A stretch of 64,000 nt of DNA from Plasmodiophora brassicae (taxonomy: Eukaryota): positions 1,240,001 through 1,304,000 of the forward strand of contig CP145412.1 of the NCBI GenBank assembly GCA_036867785.1, given 5' to 3'. Of this stretch, positions 50,201 to 60,400 are shown piece by piece (the first letter of the stretch is position 1; each line of letters begins with the position of its first letter). Made by a program: the position numbers and the translations under genes. The notes beneath the pieces were generated by a model that did not search any database, was not told where the DNA came from, and saw nothing but the letters and a program-made list of their open reading frames with translations.

Positions 50201-53200
50201 GCCGTCACGCTACGAGACGCTGTCAATGTATTCGCCGAATTTGGATCCGCAGTGCCCCACAACTGCCCATTTCGTTAGGCAGTGCATGTTTTTCTCGAGA
50301 CTTGGACCAGATCGCGGCGTTCGAAGGCTTATGCCACCTGATCCTTTGCTGTGGCTGCTAGACATAATCGACATTTGTCAACGGAAGTTGCTTCAAGCTG
50401 GTCCCGACGTCGCACCACGAATGTGGTGGCTGCATTACGCAATTGATGCCTCTGTCCAGACGTTGGGTTTCCACCTTCTCAGTAGTGACTCAGGCAAACA
50501 TCTTCCTGAGATGTTCATCTTGGCTCTGCTCCACTTGGTTGATACTTATGCTGCTGTCATTCGGAAGTACTGCTCGAGCTCGCTTCAGGTACAACCGAAC
50601 CTACAAGAGATGTCAACGGATTTCCTTGAGGTATTTGCGTCCGCGTTAGAGTTTGGGATTGGCGATGCTTCCCACCTGCCCCCCGGTTCAACCGACGTTG
50701 CCGATATCTCTCTACCAGACGCGTTCAAGCCGCTTTCCGACTTTTGGCGTCAGTTAGAGAAATCTCACACGCTGATTGGCCCACCGATGTCTCTATTGCG
50801 GTCTATGCAGACGACACTTCTCGTCGTACACCAGGCTCTGGAAACTTCTTTACATACGTGGCCGGACGTTGTGGCCCGTCTTGCATCCGTGGCAGCCAAT
50901 GTGTTGGAACCGTTGTCCGGAAGCCGCCTCGCTCCGTTATCTCAGTTCTTCGCAGTCTATGCCCAATTCATCAGTCAAGATGGATGTGCGAGCACGTTTG
51001 CTGGTAGGAGCCAGCGACAGGACCTGATAATCCATTTAGGGCACGTGCATAATGTTTTGCATCGGGCGTTGCTTCTGTGCGGCCGCCAAGGCCATATGGC
51101 TGACGATGACAGTTCCGTGACTCGCGATCCCCTTGTTTCATTGATCGTCGACTGCCTCGCACATCTTCGCAGGCAGCAGGTTGCCTGGCTGCAAGAATTT
51201 TACTCTGCGTCTCCAGAGTCCCTTGGAGACATTGTCCAGCTAATAGTGTCCGATCAAGTTGCGATTGTTCACGAGGCACTTCGCCTTGCGTTGATCCTCA
51301 CAGAAAATCACGATCGTGACAATGGCAAAGATCGAGGTGACGACATGGTATCTCGGTTCCGTCATGCACTAATGGCACCTGGGAATGGCGCCGTTGATGT
51401 CGTCATCCGGGCGGCCGCAAGTGTCCGTGCAGGACCAACGGAGAGGCGTATCCAGGAGCAATGTTGGACGTTGCTTCGGCGTTTGCTGCCATCGTTATCG
51501 TCGGTCATCTTTCGTGGCGTTCTGGACCGTGGCGATCCTTTTCTTAATTCGGTTGCCTGTAAGGCCTCGGCCCTGGCCGAAAGTGTTTTACTGGACGGTT
51601 CTTCGCCCAGTGCGATGTATGCCATTGTCTCCACCCTGTGCCGAACGGCCTCCCCGCAACAGTGCATTTCATGTTTGAATGCACTGCTTCCTCGTCTGAA
51701 CAACCGCGCGGCTGCTTGCGTCTTGGACGCTCTCGACGAACTGATTGAGGTGCACATTTCAAGAAAGGTTGGAAAGAATGATGCATCCGGTGTGTCGTCG
51801 GTGTCATCGGTGGCCCTTCCGTCAGCACCACTTGTGCTGTCGTGCGCCAGTGCAACGGAGTCGCCAGATTCAGCGTCGTGCGCTGTGTACATGTGCTATC
51901 CAGAGACGTCGTCGGCTCCTTTTGAGCTGTGCCCGTTCTGTGTTCGGTATTGCTTCTACGGGAAGTCTTATGATATTGCGTCCTCTCTTATGCCGGTCAC
52001 GTCCGTACGACGTCGGTGTGGGTGCTCGGCGATTCACGTGCCGGTGGCATCAGAGGCGTCTATATCACATGATGAGCTGTCGCATTCGTTGCCATCTGCA
52101 ATCTCCGCAGACCTCTTGGCGTCTTTGGAGCAGTTTATATCATCGCGCATGAATATGATCGATCAGAACCCTACGATTGGCCAAACGACTTCACTCGTTT
52201 CCCGTATCTACGCCGTCCAAATTCTCCCTTCTGGCGTGTTATCGTCCTCCGTCTCAGCACCCGGGCACGCTTCGTCTTCAGGCTCGCCTGCTCAAGGCGG
52301 CTCCCTGTTATCTCCTATTATGTGCCCTCCGGAGTCAGCTGAAGTGTCGGCTGCTCTCCGTGTCTCTCCTGCCGTTACCCGCCTGGCATGCGTTTTGCAT
52401 CAGTTTAGCAACGAGCCTCTTCTTGTCGTTGCAGAGCAGTGCGCTGTTAACGTGTACGATCGATGGCGTCCTCCGCCACAACGAAACATTAGCAACGGTC
52501 CCCAGACCCGAATGTGCTCAACGTCGCATATACCATTTCGGATTGTCGGTGTGGTGTCGCATGGCGACAGAGTTGCTGCGTATGGCGCTCGACACGTTCA
52601 TGTCCTGTCGTATGATGCCTCGGGTAAAAAGCATGGACGTTTCCGCCTGGAGCTTGCCCTGGAGGGTTTTGAGACAAACTTGCCGATGCCCCTCGTTATT
52701 GTTGGCCTTCAATGGACTAGTAAGGGCGATCTGCTTGTGGCAACCAGTCGCGTTGTTTTTGTTTTCCGCCTTCCAGGTGACAGCGCGTCAGCGCGCGTTG
52801 GCTCTGTTGACCCGGTCTACACGACTATATGCTCTCCTGAGATGATCATCAAGTCTGCCGCGATCTGTCGCGATCGGTATGTTTACACGATGATGGCGGA
52901 CGGAACCGTGCTTGTGGACGATTTTGTTCATGGAATGGGAAGGTTGGAAAGCGTCGCTGTTCGTTCCAGCCCAGTGAACAGCAAAGACCCTAGCGTTATC
53001 CCAGCTGCCTCATCCGGCGTCTCTGTTCACTACTCTCGTACGCTACGCCGTCTGGTCTGCACGTGGAGCTTAGGCACCCGTATATATTGTTTAACAGCGG
53101 ATGGCTCCTCCGTTGATGTGGAGCGGGCACCAATCTCAGTACCAGTTAACGCTGGGGCCGATTTGCGTCAGTGGGTCGACGTCCATGGGTCGCACGACGT

Positions 53201-55259
53201 GATAGCAAGCATTGCAACGGATTCGAATGCGATCATTCTCGTTCAGATCAACCCCAGTTCAAATTCGGCGCATTGCAGATCCATTGGAGTTAGCGAACGT
53301 GGTCGCCGTTGCACCTCATTGGTTGATGTTTCGCCTTCTCTTCAAAAGGTCTCGATACTTGTTCATCAAGAGCATGGGTCGTTGCATGAGTTGCGGCTGG
53401 ACACGCTCCCGAAAACAGCGCCAAACCAGGTTGTCAGCGTGCCTTCCTTCCAGTCTTTCTTCTCACCACCGGACCCGTCTGGTCCTGACGGTTCTCGCTC
53501 GTGGAACAGTCGGGACCCCGCCATATTCGATCGAGCACGGGTTGTCGCCGACGTGCCTGTTCGCGGCACATCTTCATCAACTCACCTTATTCGAGATATT
53601 GCAAAGTCGTTAAGCGAGGAACCCGGAGCCAGTGACATTGGTTCTTCAACCGAGATCGCGTTGACTATTGAAACTTGCTTGCCTCCCGGGCATTGCATCG
53701 TCGCTATCCGAGCGATTCTTGATCGGCCGAACTCTGCTATGTCTTCCTTCGCGATGACGTTGCCGTCCCTGCATCGCACGGTTCGGGTTACGCTGTCATC
53801 TGCTTCGCCCAATAGACGGGCGGTGGATGTCCCTCTGTCGCGATGGGAATCGGCGCAGCTGTCGGCTTTGTGGTTCATAGTCGATCTGCAGTGCAGCACG
53901 CAAGCGCTAGGAAACGCTAAAGCTGTTCCCGTGTTGTCGGTTCTATCATCAGTTGAAGTGTATTCCATGCCACGGTCGGAGTTCCATCGTGCGACACTGC
54001 CGTTCCTTTTCCCGTCGAAGTTCCATCAGTGGCCGTGGCCTCTACCTAACGATTCCGATATCTCCCGAGAGGTTACGCATGAGGTCCTGCTTGGTGCCGC
54101 ACTTCGTATTTGCCAACGGCTAGGGTCCGGTTGTGCCGACGAGCATCATGTCATACTGGGACATATTCTTGGCCGCGTGGTCGAAGTTATTGGGCGTCCA
54201 AGTTTCGAGCTGCTAGATTCCCAGTTTCATGAGATTCTTATCGATGTACTTCAGTCTATCAAGCCTCCTCTTGAAAGTTCTTACCTTGGCGACCTTGCCC
54301 ACGCCAGTCGGTTAGGTGGGCGACTCGGATTACGGGCACTTCTATCATGCATTAATATGCGTCTGCAAGTCTGTGGGTCTGACGAGCCGTCCTGCAATGC
54401 TGCTCGCCTAATCCTGGGCGCTATTGATGATTCTCTTACGTTTATGGGAAAGTTCCGTGCTGAGTTCTGCTCTCTCCTGACTGGCCTTCCTTCCTTTATG
54501 GAGTCTTTCATTCTCGTTGGCCGGCGTGTGTTTCTGCAAGAGGACACAGCACCTGTGATGCATACGCCTGACATCCTGCCTAGCTTCATGGAGCTGGTCT
54601 GCGATTCCGCCATGTTGCTGGCAGACCGCGAAGCGGACGGCGTCTGCGCCGACGTGCCTTCCTTATTAGGTAGCGTTGTCGAATTTATCGGTCACTGCTT
54701 GGTTTCGCCATTTCAAGCGGTACGTCACGCTGCATTCAAGAGGAGTTATATGACATTCGCAAGTGCATCGCAGCAGCTTGGCCTGAAAACCGCCCAGCTT
54801 CGACGATCGGAGGTCGAGCAACAACAACAGCAGCTAGCTGCCGCTGCTGTTCCAGATGATAGCGCCGCTGCTGCGGATGCTGGCAACTCTGGCGACCAGA
54901 CTGGCGTCGGATCGTCCATCATCCCGAACCGGATGTCGTCCGTTCTCAACGGCGCCAACTCGTATCAATACTCAAGCGGTACGGGTCTTCGCAGCGGCAC
55001 GACGACACGCTATCGATGCGACCTGTGCGACATCTGCCCCATCGTCGGACCCAGATATCACTGCACCCATCCCGACTGCGCCGACTTTGACATGTGCGTC
55101 CCCTGCTTCACCGCCGGGGACTTCACTGGGTCCACCCATGTGTCAAGCCACGAAGTCGTCCTGCTGAACGAGCAGGCATCGTCGCAACCAAGGGCGGGGT
55201 CCTCACACAACACGGCCGCCGTCCGACTCAGCAGGCGTCGCGAAATGAGTCACATTTGA
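47235..55259 (+). CDS. UBR4/BIG(p600)-like protein, N-terminal half only (degenerate UBR box, beta-propeller, ZZ finger), 2674 aa, intronless
   Basis: Cys cluster YMC...CPFCVRYC...CGC near 51840-52030, propeller motifs IPFRIVGV..VAAYG..HVHVL and GVSVHYSRTL, ZZ finger YRCDLCDICPIVGPRYHCTHPDCADFDMCVPCF. Confidence 0.75.
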   Translation: MEPAGGSGGQGQSVDTIDTLSIAIRLAKSLRYAGCAQGVDGHATPAVVGIRSAWANPDQVGHCVKELAEIVDRSRAGGDHVDILSDSAFRAHISALTRFASSVSSMTPAQDTFFVAVAERLATIHRVTRPRHGTPLTNLQMRTSDRIASCVFELALGAIARQTGDPALVASCRSSISTILSDSDTVDDDIGSGNEDDGDAPTATALVPRIPDLSSGIGYREQSQPRFTSTYGSDWEAIPGRAIFRTSSSNAMEVDFEGLTCNAFVNVADTGADLSHMCSRPRNETVPRNVPDEDPSENDDVFDDDDDEQSYLEDEKEADDSTTYDSREDSSRKAAIANASLEKRFHEKHDGLARLLRACTKYVAIVNVHSSAADLVSRLSITSSLLGIVASIERPLPSSEAIVTASIATLCAVLDLNAHLRQTVARSGCEYLQEFVTLSTSIKDVIARILHILKHHAPFVISQNARIASASSIMHSVLCYDVANFDELHSQTAFLSFTVDPSLRSRDDVAAAAASPAGIGDSASLGGSVSTSHNSSCTNLVEFGSGESTTLRLRVLEGLALGASLVPFAATLAADAIDDCSLGSARSSVKLGPASSFHSVRGDVIVNAEADAHCIHIGSQTLDLQKYHSFEECLRLLVGETGDDSLPITIFDKTAIAFLMLICSSKTSADVVGLREICASFTRFLVKVLSTEAGLGKLMRFVRPSHLEVVVGASLCCDSLLTSELLSLANALSRSSALSDDLRHRVVKAVLSPSTSFWAYCFPAATLKTVYVMVGPCPSARSILIDRLLVGFDTRVHCLPEDLSASMPSMAQDVLLLVALLMADDSNCRASALQRLMQTVIRKTNISFGPVVNVVHSAWASILFVLSFLVNRILLSPSSQLPVESLDTSFDMAARVDTDNAMHEFELHLLEKFPQRVQCPALTSSVLQSESADQFCDRLWHIMLDLSRKISARARQQEADDVSLTVFQTYVWHRLSELLCVMIPAAQCLPSRYETLSMYSPNLDPQCPTTAHFVRQCMFFSRLGPDRGVRRLMPPDPLLWLLDIIDICQRKLLQAGPDVAPRMWWLHYAIDASVQTLGFHLLSSDSGKHLPEMFILALLHLVDTYAAVIRKYCSSSLQVQPNLQEMSTDFLEVFASALEFGIGDASHLPPGSTDVADISLPDAFKPLSDFWRQLEKSHTLIGPPMSLLRSMQTTLLVVHQALETSLHTWPDVVARLASVAANVLEPLSGSRLAPLSQFFAVYAQFISQDGCASTFAGRSQRQDLIIHLGHVHNVLHRALLLCGRQGHMADDDSSVTRDPLVSLIVDCLAHLRRQQVAWLQEFYSASPESLGDIVQLIVSDQVAIVHEALRLALILTENHDRDNGKDRGDDMVSRFRHALMAPGNGAVDVVIRAAASVRAGPTERRIQEQCWTLLRRLLPSLSSVIFRGVLDRGDPFLNSVACKASALAESVLLDGSSPSAMYAIVSTLCRTASPQQCISCLNALLPRLNNRAAACVLDALDELIEVHISRKVGKNDASGVSSVSSVALPSAPLVLSCASATESPDSASCAVYMCYPETSSAPFELCPFCVRYCFYGKSYDIASSLMPVTSVRRRCGCSAIHVPVASEASISHDELSHSLPSAISADLLASLEQFISSRMNMIDQNPTIGQTTSLVSRIYAVQILPSGVLSSSVSAPGHASSSGSPAQGGSLLSPIMCPPESAEVSAALRVSPAVTRLACVLHQFSNEPLLVVAEQCAVNVYDRWRPPPQRNISNGPQTRMCSTSHIPFRIVGVVSHGDRVAAYGARHVHVLSYDASGKKHGRFRLELALEGFETNLPMPLVIVGLQWTSKGDLLVATSRVVFVFRLPGDSASARVGSVDPVYTTICSPEMIIKSAAICRDRYVYTMMADGTVLVDDFVHGMGRLESVAVRSSPVNSKDPSVIPAASSGVSVHYSRTLRRLVCTWSLGTRIYCLTADGSSVDVERAPISVPVNAGADLRQWVDVHGSHDVIASIATDSNAIILVQINPSSNSAHCRSIGVSERGRRCTSLVDVSPSLQKVSILVHQEHGSLHELRLDTLPKTAPNQVVSVPSFQSFFSPPDPSGPDGSRSWNSRDPAIFDRARVVADVPVRGTSSSTHLIRDIAKSLSEEPGASDIGSSTEIALTIETCLPPGHCIVAIRAILDRPNSAMSSFAMTLPSLHRTVRVTLSSASPNRRAVDVPLSRWESAQLSALWFIVDLQCSTQALGNAKAVPVLSVLSSVEVYSMPRSEFHRATLPFLFPSKFHQWPWPLPNDSDISREVTHEVLLGAALRICQRLGSGCADEHHVILGHILGRVVEVIGRPSFELLDSQFHEILIDVLQSIKPPLESSYLGDLAHASRLGGRLGLRALLSCINMRLQVCGSDEPSCNAARLILGAIDDSLTFMGKFRAEFCSLLTGLPSFMESFILVGRRVFLQEDTAPVMHTPDILPSFMELVCDSAMLLADREADGVCADVPSLLGSVVEFIGHCLVSPFQAVRHAAFKRSYMTFASASQQLGLKTAQLRRSEVEQQQQQLAAAAVPDDSAAAADAGNSGDQTGVGSSIIPNRMSSVLNGANSYQYSSGTGLRSGTTTRYRCDLCDICPIVGPRYHCTHPDCADFDMCVPCFTAGDFTGSTHVSSHEVVLLNEQASSQPRAGSSHNTAAVRLSRRREMSHI

Positions 55260-55367
55260 CATGTAAACTATTATGTTGTTTATTGCGGTTGGCAGGCGGC
55301 GTGTATTGAGGCCAGTGAGTACGTGGTTGACCGTATACGCCATTCGTAGACGTGACGTTGGACCCAT

Positions 55368-56943
55368 TTATTTCCACAATTCCTCGATCTGCTCGAGAGA
55401 CAGGCCACGCGTTTCCGGAAGGGTCGCCCCGAAGAACACGGCGCCGGCGAGGCACACGGCAGCATAGAAGACGAAGACGCCATGCTGGCCTATGTGGAGG
55501 ACCATGTCGTCGAACAGCAGCGTGACCAGGAAACTGCAGGCCCAGTTTGTCACGGTAGACAGGGACATTGCGACGGCGCGCACTGAACTGGGATAGATTT
55601 CCGAGCACAGCAACCACGGCAGAGGGCCGACGCCAAACGCAAACATGATCATATAACCGCACCTGCGACCAACGTCAGTATTCCATCTTGCGACACCAAA
55701 CGCGGATTCGAACAGTGCGAAAATCTTGACATATGTTGCCAGTGAATAGTAAACGGCAACGGCCATGACGGAGCAGGACAGCGCCATACCAACGCACGAA
55801 CTTAGCAGGAACGTTCGGCGACCAACGCGTTCCATTAGGGTGCAGGCACCCGCCGTCGCAATGACCTGGACGGCGTTGACAAGGATCGACCCGAGCATCG
55901 AAACGTACGATGCCGAAGACGAGCCATTGTCGAACAGCGATTTCATATTGAAAACAACGCCGTTGATGCCAGAGAACTGTTGAAGCACCATGAGGAGCAC
56001 CCCAAGGACCACCGGGCGCCTGACTTGACTGGAAAACAACTGAACGTACGAGGACGATTCAGCGCCAGCGTTGGCTTTGTCCTACAGGGCACCCAATCAG
56101 GAACGACGCATAAACATCCTTGGGGAAGCCATATACCAACCATTTCCGTGTGATGAACCAGCGCCTGGAGCTCGTCCTCGACAGCGTATTTAGAACCGCG
56201 TAATTGCCTCAGACTTGCACGCGCTTGCTCCGTCTTCCCTGAACTGCAGAGCCAGACAGGCGATTCTGGCGCCAGCAGAAGCATAGGCAGGAATTGCAGA
56301 ACGACGAACCCAAGTGAAACGATCATCATGATCCGCCACCACCAAGCATGGGCAATGATGGGCAGCCCCAGCACGGATACGACCAGCACCCCACCAGAGA
56401 TATTCACTGTCGTACAAACGTCGTCAACAATGCGATCCGACGTTTGCATAGCTACAATGACGTACGCTGGTTAATGCATCCCAGCGTGCCGCGAAGGCTG
56501 GGTAATGCAATTTCGGCGACGTAAAGCGGTACAATGACGGAACTGTACCCGACCCCGGCCCCAGCCACGAGCCGGCCTGTAGTAAACATGGCTCGTGCGC
56601 CACCGCGACTAATGACCATCAGCACCGCGCCCGCGATATACGGAACGCAGTTCAGAAGCACAGCCGGCCTGCGTCCGTAGCGGCTGGCAATCGGCCCGCA
56701 CAGCAACGCTCCCACCATGGCTCCCACATTCAGTATCGACCAGGCCAGATCGGCAGCCTGTCGATCGTTCTCAAACACCTCCTCCAGGACCGACTCTTCC
56801 GACGGGCTCGAAAACCCGGCATGGTACCCGAACAGCAGCGCGCCCATGCCCACCGACAGCGTCAGCACCCATGGCAACCGGTTATCCGCCCGCGACGCTG
56901 CCGTCGTCGTCGTCGTCGGCAGCAGCGACTCCTCGGCAGACAT
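55368..56943 (-). CDS. MFS sugar porter family transporter, multi-exon
   Basis: GALLFGYHAG, RYGRRP, GRLVAGAGVG, VPLYVAEIA..RGTLG, PESPVWL, LQQFSGINGV, GVGPLPWLLCSEIYP, LPETRGLSLEQI. Confidence 0.95.
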
Positions 56944-57484
56944 GGTGGGGCGCAGGTCGCACCTCCCTCCCCAACAACGAGATCCCCCAAATGATCGGTA
57001 CGGCCCCGTCGGCCACTTGCCAGGCGGTGTTACAACTCTGGCTGGACGTACAAGACGGCCGCCAAAAGGCGGAGTACATAAAGCCCCGGCGACTGTCGAC
57101 TTTTGCCGCCCGCCTGATGACGGTCGCACCGGCGACGCCCCCCGCCGCTCGTCGACAATGCTCGGCTGGAAGCTGCGCCCGCTCTATGTTCGCGGGTTTC
57201 GGCGTCAACCGCTGAGCGGCGCCATTCGACGGCACAGCGCATCGCATGCTGCTCATTGCAAGCGACCTTGTCGTGCCGGAATGCACTTACAGTGCCCAGG
57301 GTCTGCCCCGATGCGTCATGGCGATGTATCGCTTGTCGTGATTCACGGCCGCTAGCTTCCGGCACAGCCGTGGCGAATGTCGCGCGCCCCTTTGACATCC
57401 GGCCGCGTGGACGCTGAACCAGCCATTCTTCCAAACCGTACATCCGGTTTACCATCACGCGCTGCCCAGCGCTTAGGCCATACC

Positions 57485-60400
57485 ATGGCATCATATCCAC
57501 ACCTCTGCATCGTCGCCGTCCTCGTCCTGTACTGCGTCAGCGTGCGATGCGCGGGACGCTTCCAGGTCAACGACGACGATCTCCGGAACCTGTTCCGGCC
57601 GGCCGTCCCGCCAGCGGTCGGCCCCGACAAACCTGTCGACGAGATCGCCGCGGCGTTCTGCCAGAAGGGCGACCTCAGCCGCGACGACACTCGCGAGCGC
57701 CTGCAGAGGCTGCTCGAACCGGCCAGCGGCGGTCGCGGTCCTCGCCGGACGCGCTCGCTCGTGCTCCTGGTCAACAACATCCTGCACTGCGTGCCTCGCG
57801 ACGTGTACGCCGCCCTGGCTCCTGACATGATATCGTTGCTGTCGAGCAGCCTGTCGGGCCTCGACGAACCTGATACCGTCCCGGTCGTCAGCTCGATCAT
57901 CGCCATCGTCATGCGGTGCGAACTCGGCGTCCTGGGGGCGCCCTGCGCCGACTACGCCGACGCGTTGGCGACGGCCGCGGCCCGGGCGCCGTCTCTGGCG
58001 CACGCACGCATGATCAAGCCCGCCCAGCTCGACGATGCTGTCGCAACGGCCGGCGACCTGCTGTTCCCGTTCGCCAACCTGGTTGGCGATTCGTTCATCG
58101 CCGGCATGACGAGCCAGACGGGCAAGCCGCTCGAAGGGTACTCGCAGCGGGAGGCGGTCCTGTTCACAGCGCGCCTGCTCGGTGCCGTTGCTGACGCCGA
58201 CGACGCTGCCCAGGTCGACCTGTACCGCCGCCTGACGCTGGCCGCATGGCTGTCCCAGTACGCGCAGGTCACGAACGCCAACTCGCTCGGGAGCGCCATT
58301 GTCGCCGACGTCGTCCACCTGCTTCTGCGATTTAACGGCGCGCTCTCGTCGATCGTTGTCCCGATCGGGTGGTCTCCGACGATAAAGTCGCCCGGGCACG
58401 CGATGATGATGGACCTGGCGCTCCTGCCGAGCGGCCGCGTTCGCGTTCGCATCTTCAACGCCGGCGCCGGGTCGCATCGGCACGCGCAGGTCGCCCACGA
58501 CGACCGCCTGTCTGTCGTGCCCGTCGTCGTGTTCGACGAGGTCGACCCGGACCACATATTCGAATCCGACCTGGTCGCGCGCCTCGTGGCGCTCTGCACG
58601 ACGCCTCCGAATCAGGTCCCGACCGAGGCGCCGTTCGACGACGTCGACGTGTACGACGTCGTCCTGCGCCGCCTGCACCCGTACCTGGTCGCCAGCGACG
58701 ACGACGTCGTGCGAACGCGCTCGCAGCTGGCCGGCACGTGCACGTTCAAGTCGATCAAGGCGGTCCTGCTGGCGGACCTGGGCGCCGATCGGTTCCGCCT
58801 CGTCAAGGCGCGCCTCGAGCGCCAGGCCCTGCAGGTCTGCCAGGACGCGTTGTCGAGCGTCGCCAACCCATCGTCCATCGACCTCGCCTGGGCCTTCGTC
58901 CTCCGCCTGGCGATGCAGAACCAGGCGCGCCGGGCCGTCAAGAACGGCCTTGACGACGGAGACGGCGACGGCGACATCCGCGCCCTGATCGACAAGATCG
59001 AGGCGGCGCACGCCCGCCTGCCATCGTTCGACCCGGCCGTGTCGCAACCGCTGCCGCCCCCGAGCGCCGGTGCCGCGTCCTGCCCGACCGCCAGGCGACA
59101 CGACGCCGCCGGGTCATCCCCGGCGGTTCCCCCGTCGTCGTCGCCGATCAGCCTCGTGGGCGACTACGACCCCGCCCGGGGGGCGGTCGACGCCTACGTC
59201 CGGCGCCTGGCGTCGACGTACGCGCAGACGTGGCCCGACGACATGGAGCTGTTGCGGCCGAACGCGCTGACGGGCGCGATCCTGTCGCTGCCCGTCGCCA
59301 ACCAGGCGGCGTTCAACGCGCTGGCCGACCCGGCCGGCCTCATCGACGCCCTCGTCGCCCTGTTCGACGCGATCTGGTCGTGGGGCGCCCGCGGCGCGGT
59401 CAACGTGGAGCAGTCGGCGACCCAGTTCGACCGGGCCGTCGCGCTCGCCCAGGTCTACGTCCTCGTCTGGCAGGCGACGCTGGCGGCCGACGCCCGCCTC
59501 GGCGACCGATCCGCCGGCCTGGCGCAGGAGACGCTGGACGTCGCCCCGGCGTGCCGCCTGCTGACGTCCAGGACCGTCCTGGCGTACGACAACACGTACG
59601 TGGACCGCCTGCAGGAGGTCATCGCCCTGGGGCAGTGCGGGCACGCGGCGTCGTCCGACCCGTTCGCCTCCAGCGGCCTGCACCGCGCCGCGAAGCGCCT
59701 CGTCGAACGATCGGCGGCGCGCCTGCCGTCGCCGACCAAGGAGCAGGACCGGCTGTTCCCCGACCGGCACGGGACCTGCTCGCCCGCGCGCAGGGTCGAG
59801 CTGCTGCTGGCCGCGTTCCACACGGTCGGCCCGTTGTCGCTGCGTCACGCGCTGCCGCTGATGACGCTGAGGCGCAAGCTGGCGTCGTACGCCTTGCATG
59901 GCGTTCGGTCGGTGCCGCGCCCGCTCGACGAGGTCGACGTGATGGACATCTGGGAGGGTGTGCCGGCCGCCCCTAACCCGTCCGCCTGCTATGCTGGTGT
60001 GGAACGGCCGCCGATGCCGGACGCCCGTGACTTCGCTGCCTACGACGATCAGGTCTACGCCGCCCGGGGCCTGCGTTCGTTCCCGACGGCGATCGCCAGG
60101 GAGATCACGTCGTCGGCTGCCAGGGGCGCCACAGAGAACGAGCTTCGCGTCCAGTGGCTGGCGTCGCGCGTCCCGCAGCTGACGACGATGTTCGGCGAGC
60201 AGACGACGCTGGCGGCGCTCCTGTTCGCCTGGCAGAACGGGCAGGTCGACGCGACCGCCAACGAGCACCGCCACTGGATCGACTACGTCGTGTTCCGGCC
60301 GCGCTCCTACTCGCCGTCCGCCGGCGTCCTCGACGCGCTCGTCGACGCCGCCCAGGCCGACATCCAGCGCCTGCGCCGCCTGGTCGACACGGTGCCGTCG

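Noticed and set aside
57572-57600. RxLR-like translocation motif after the signal peptide
   Set aside because: The sequence reads DDDLRNLFR, which is not a true RxLR-EER match.
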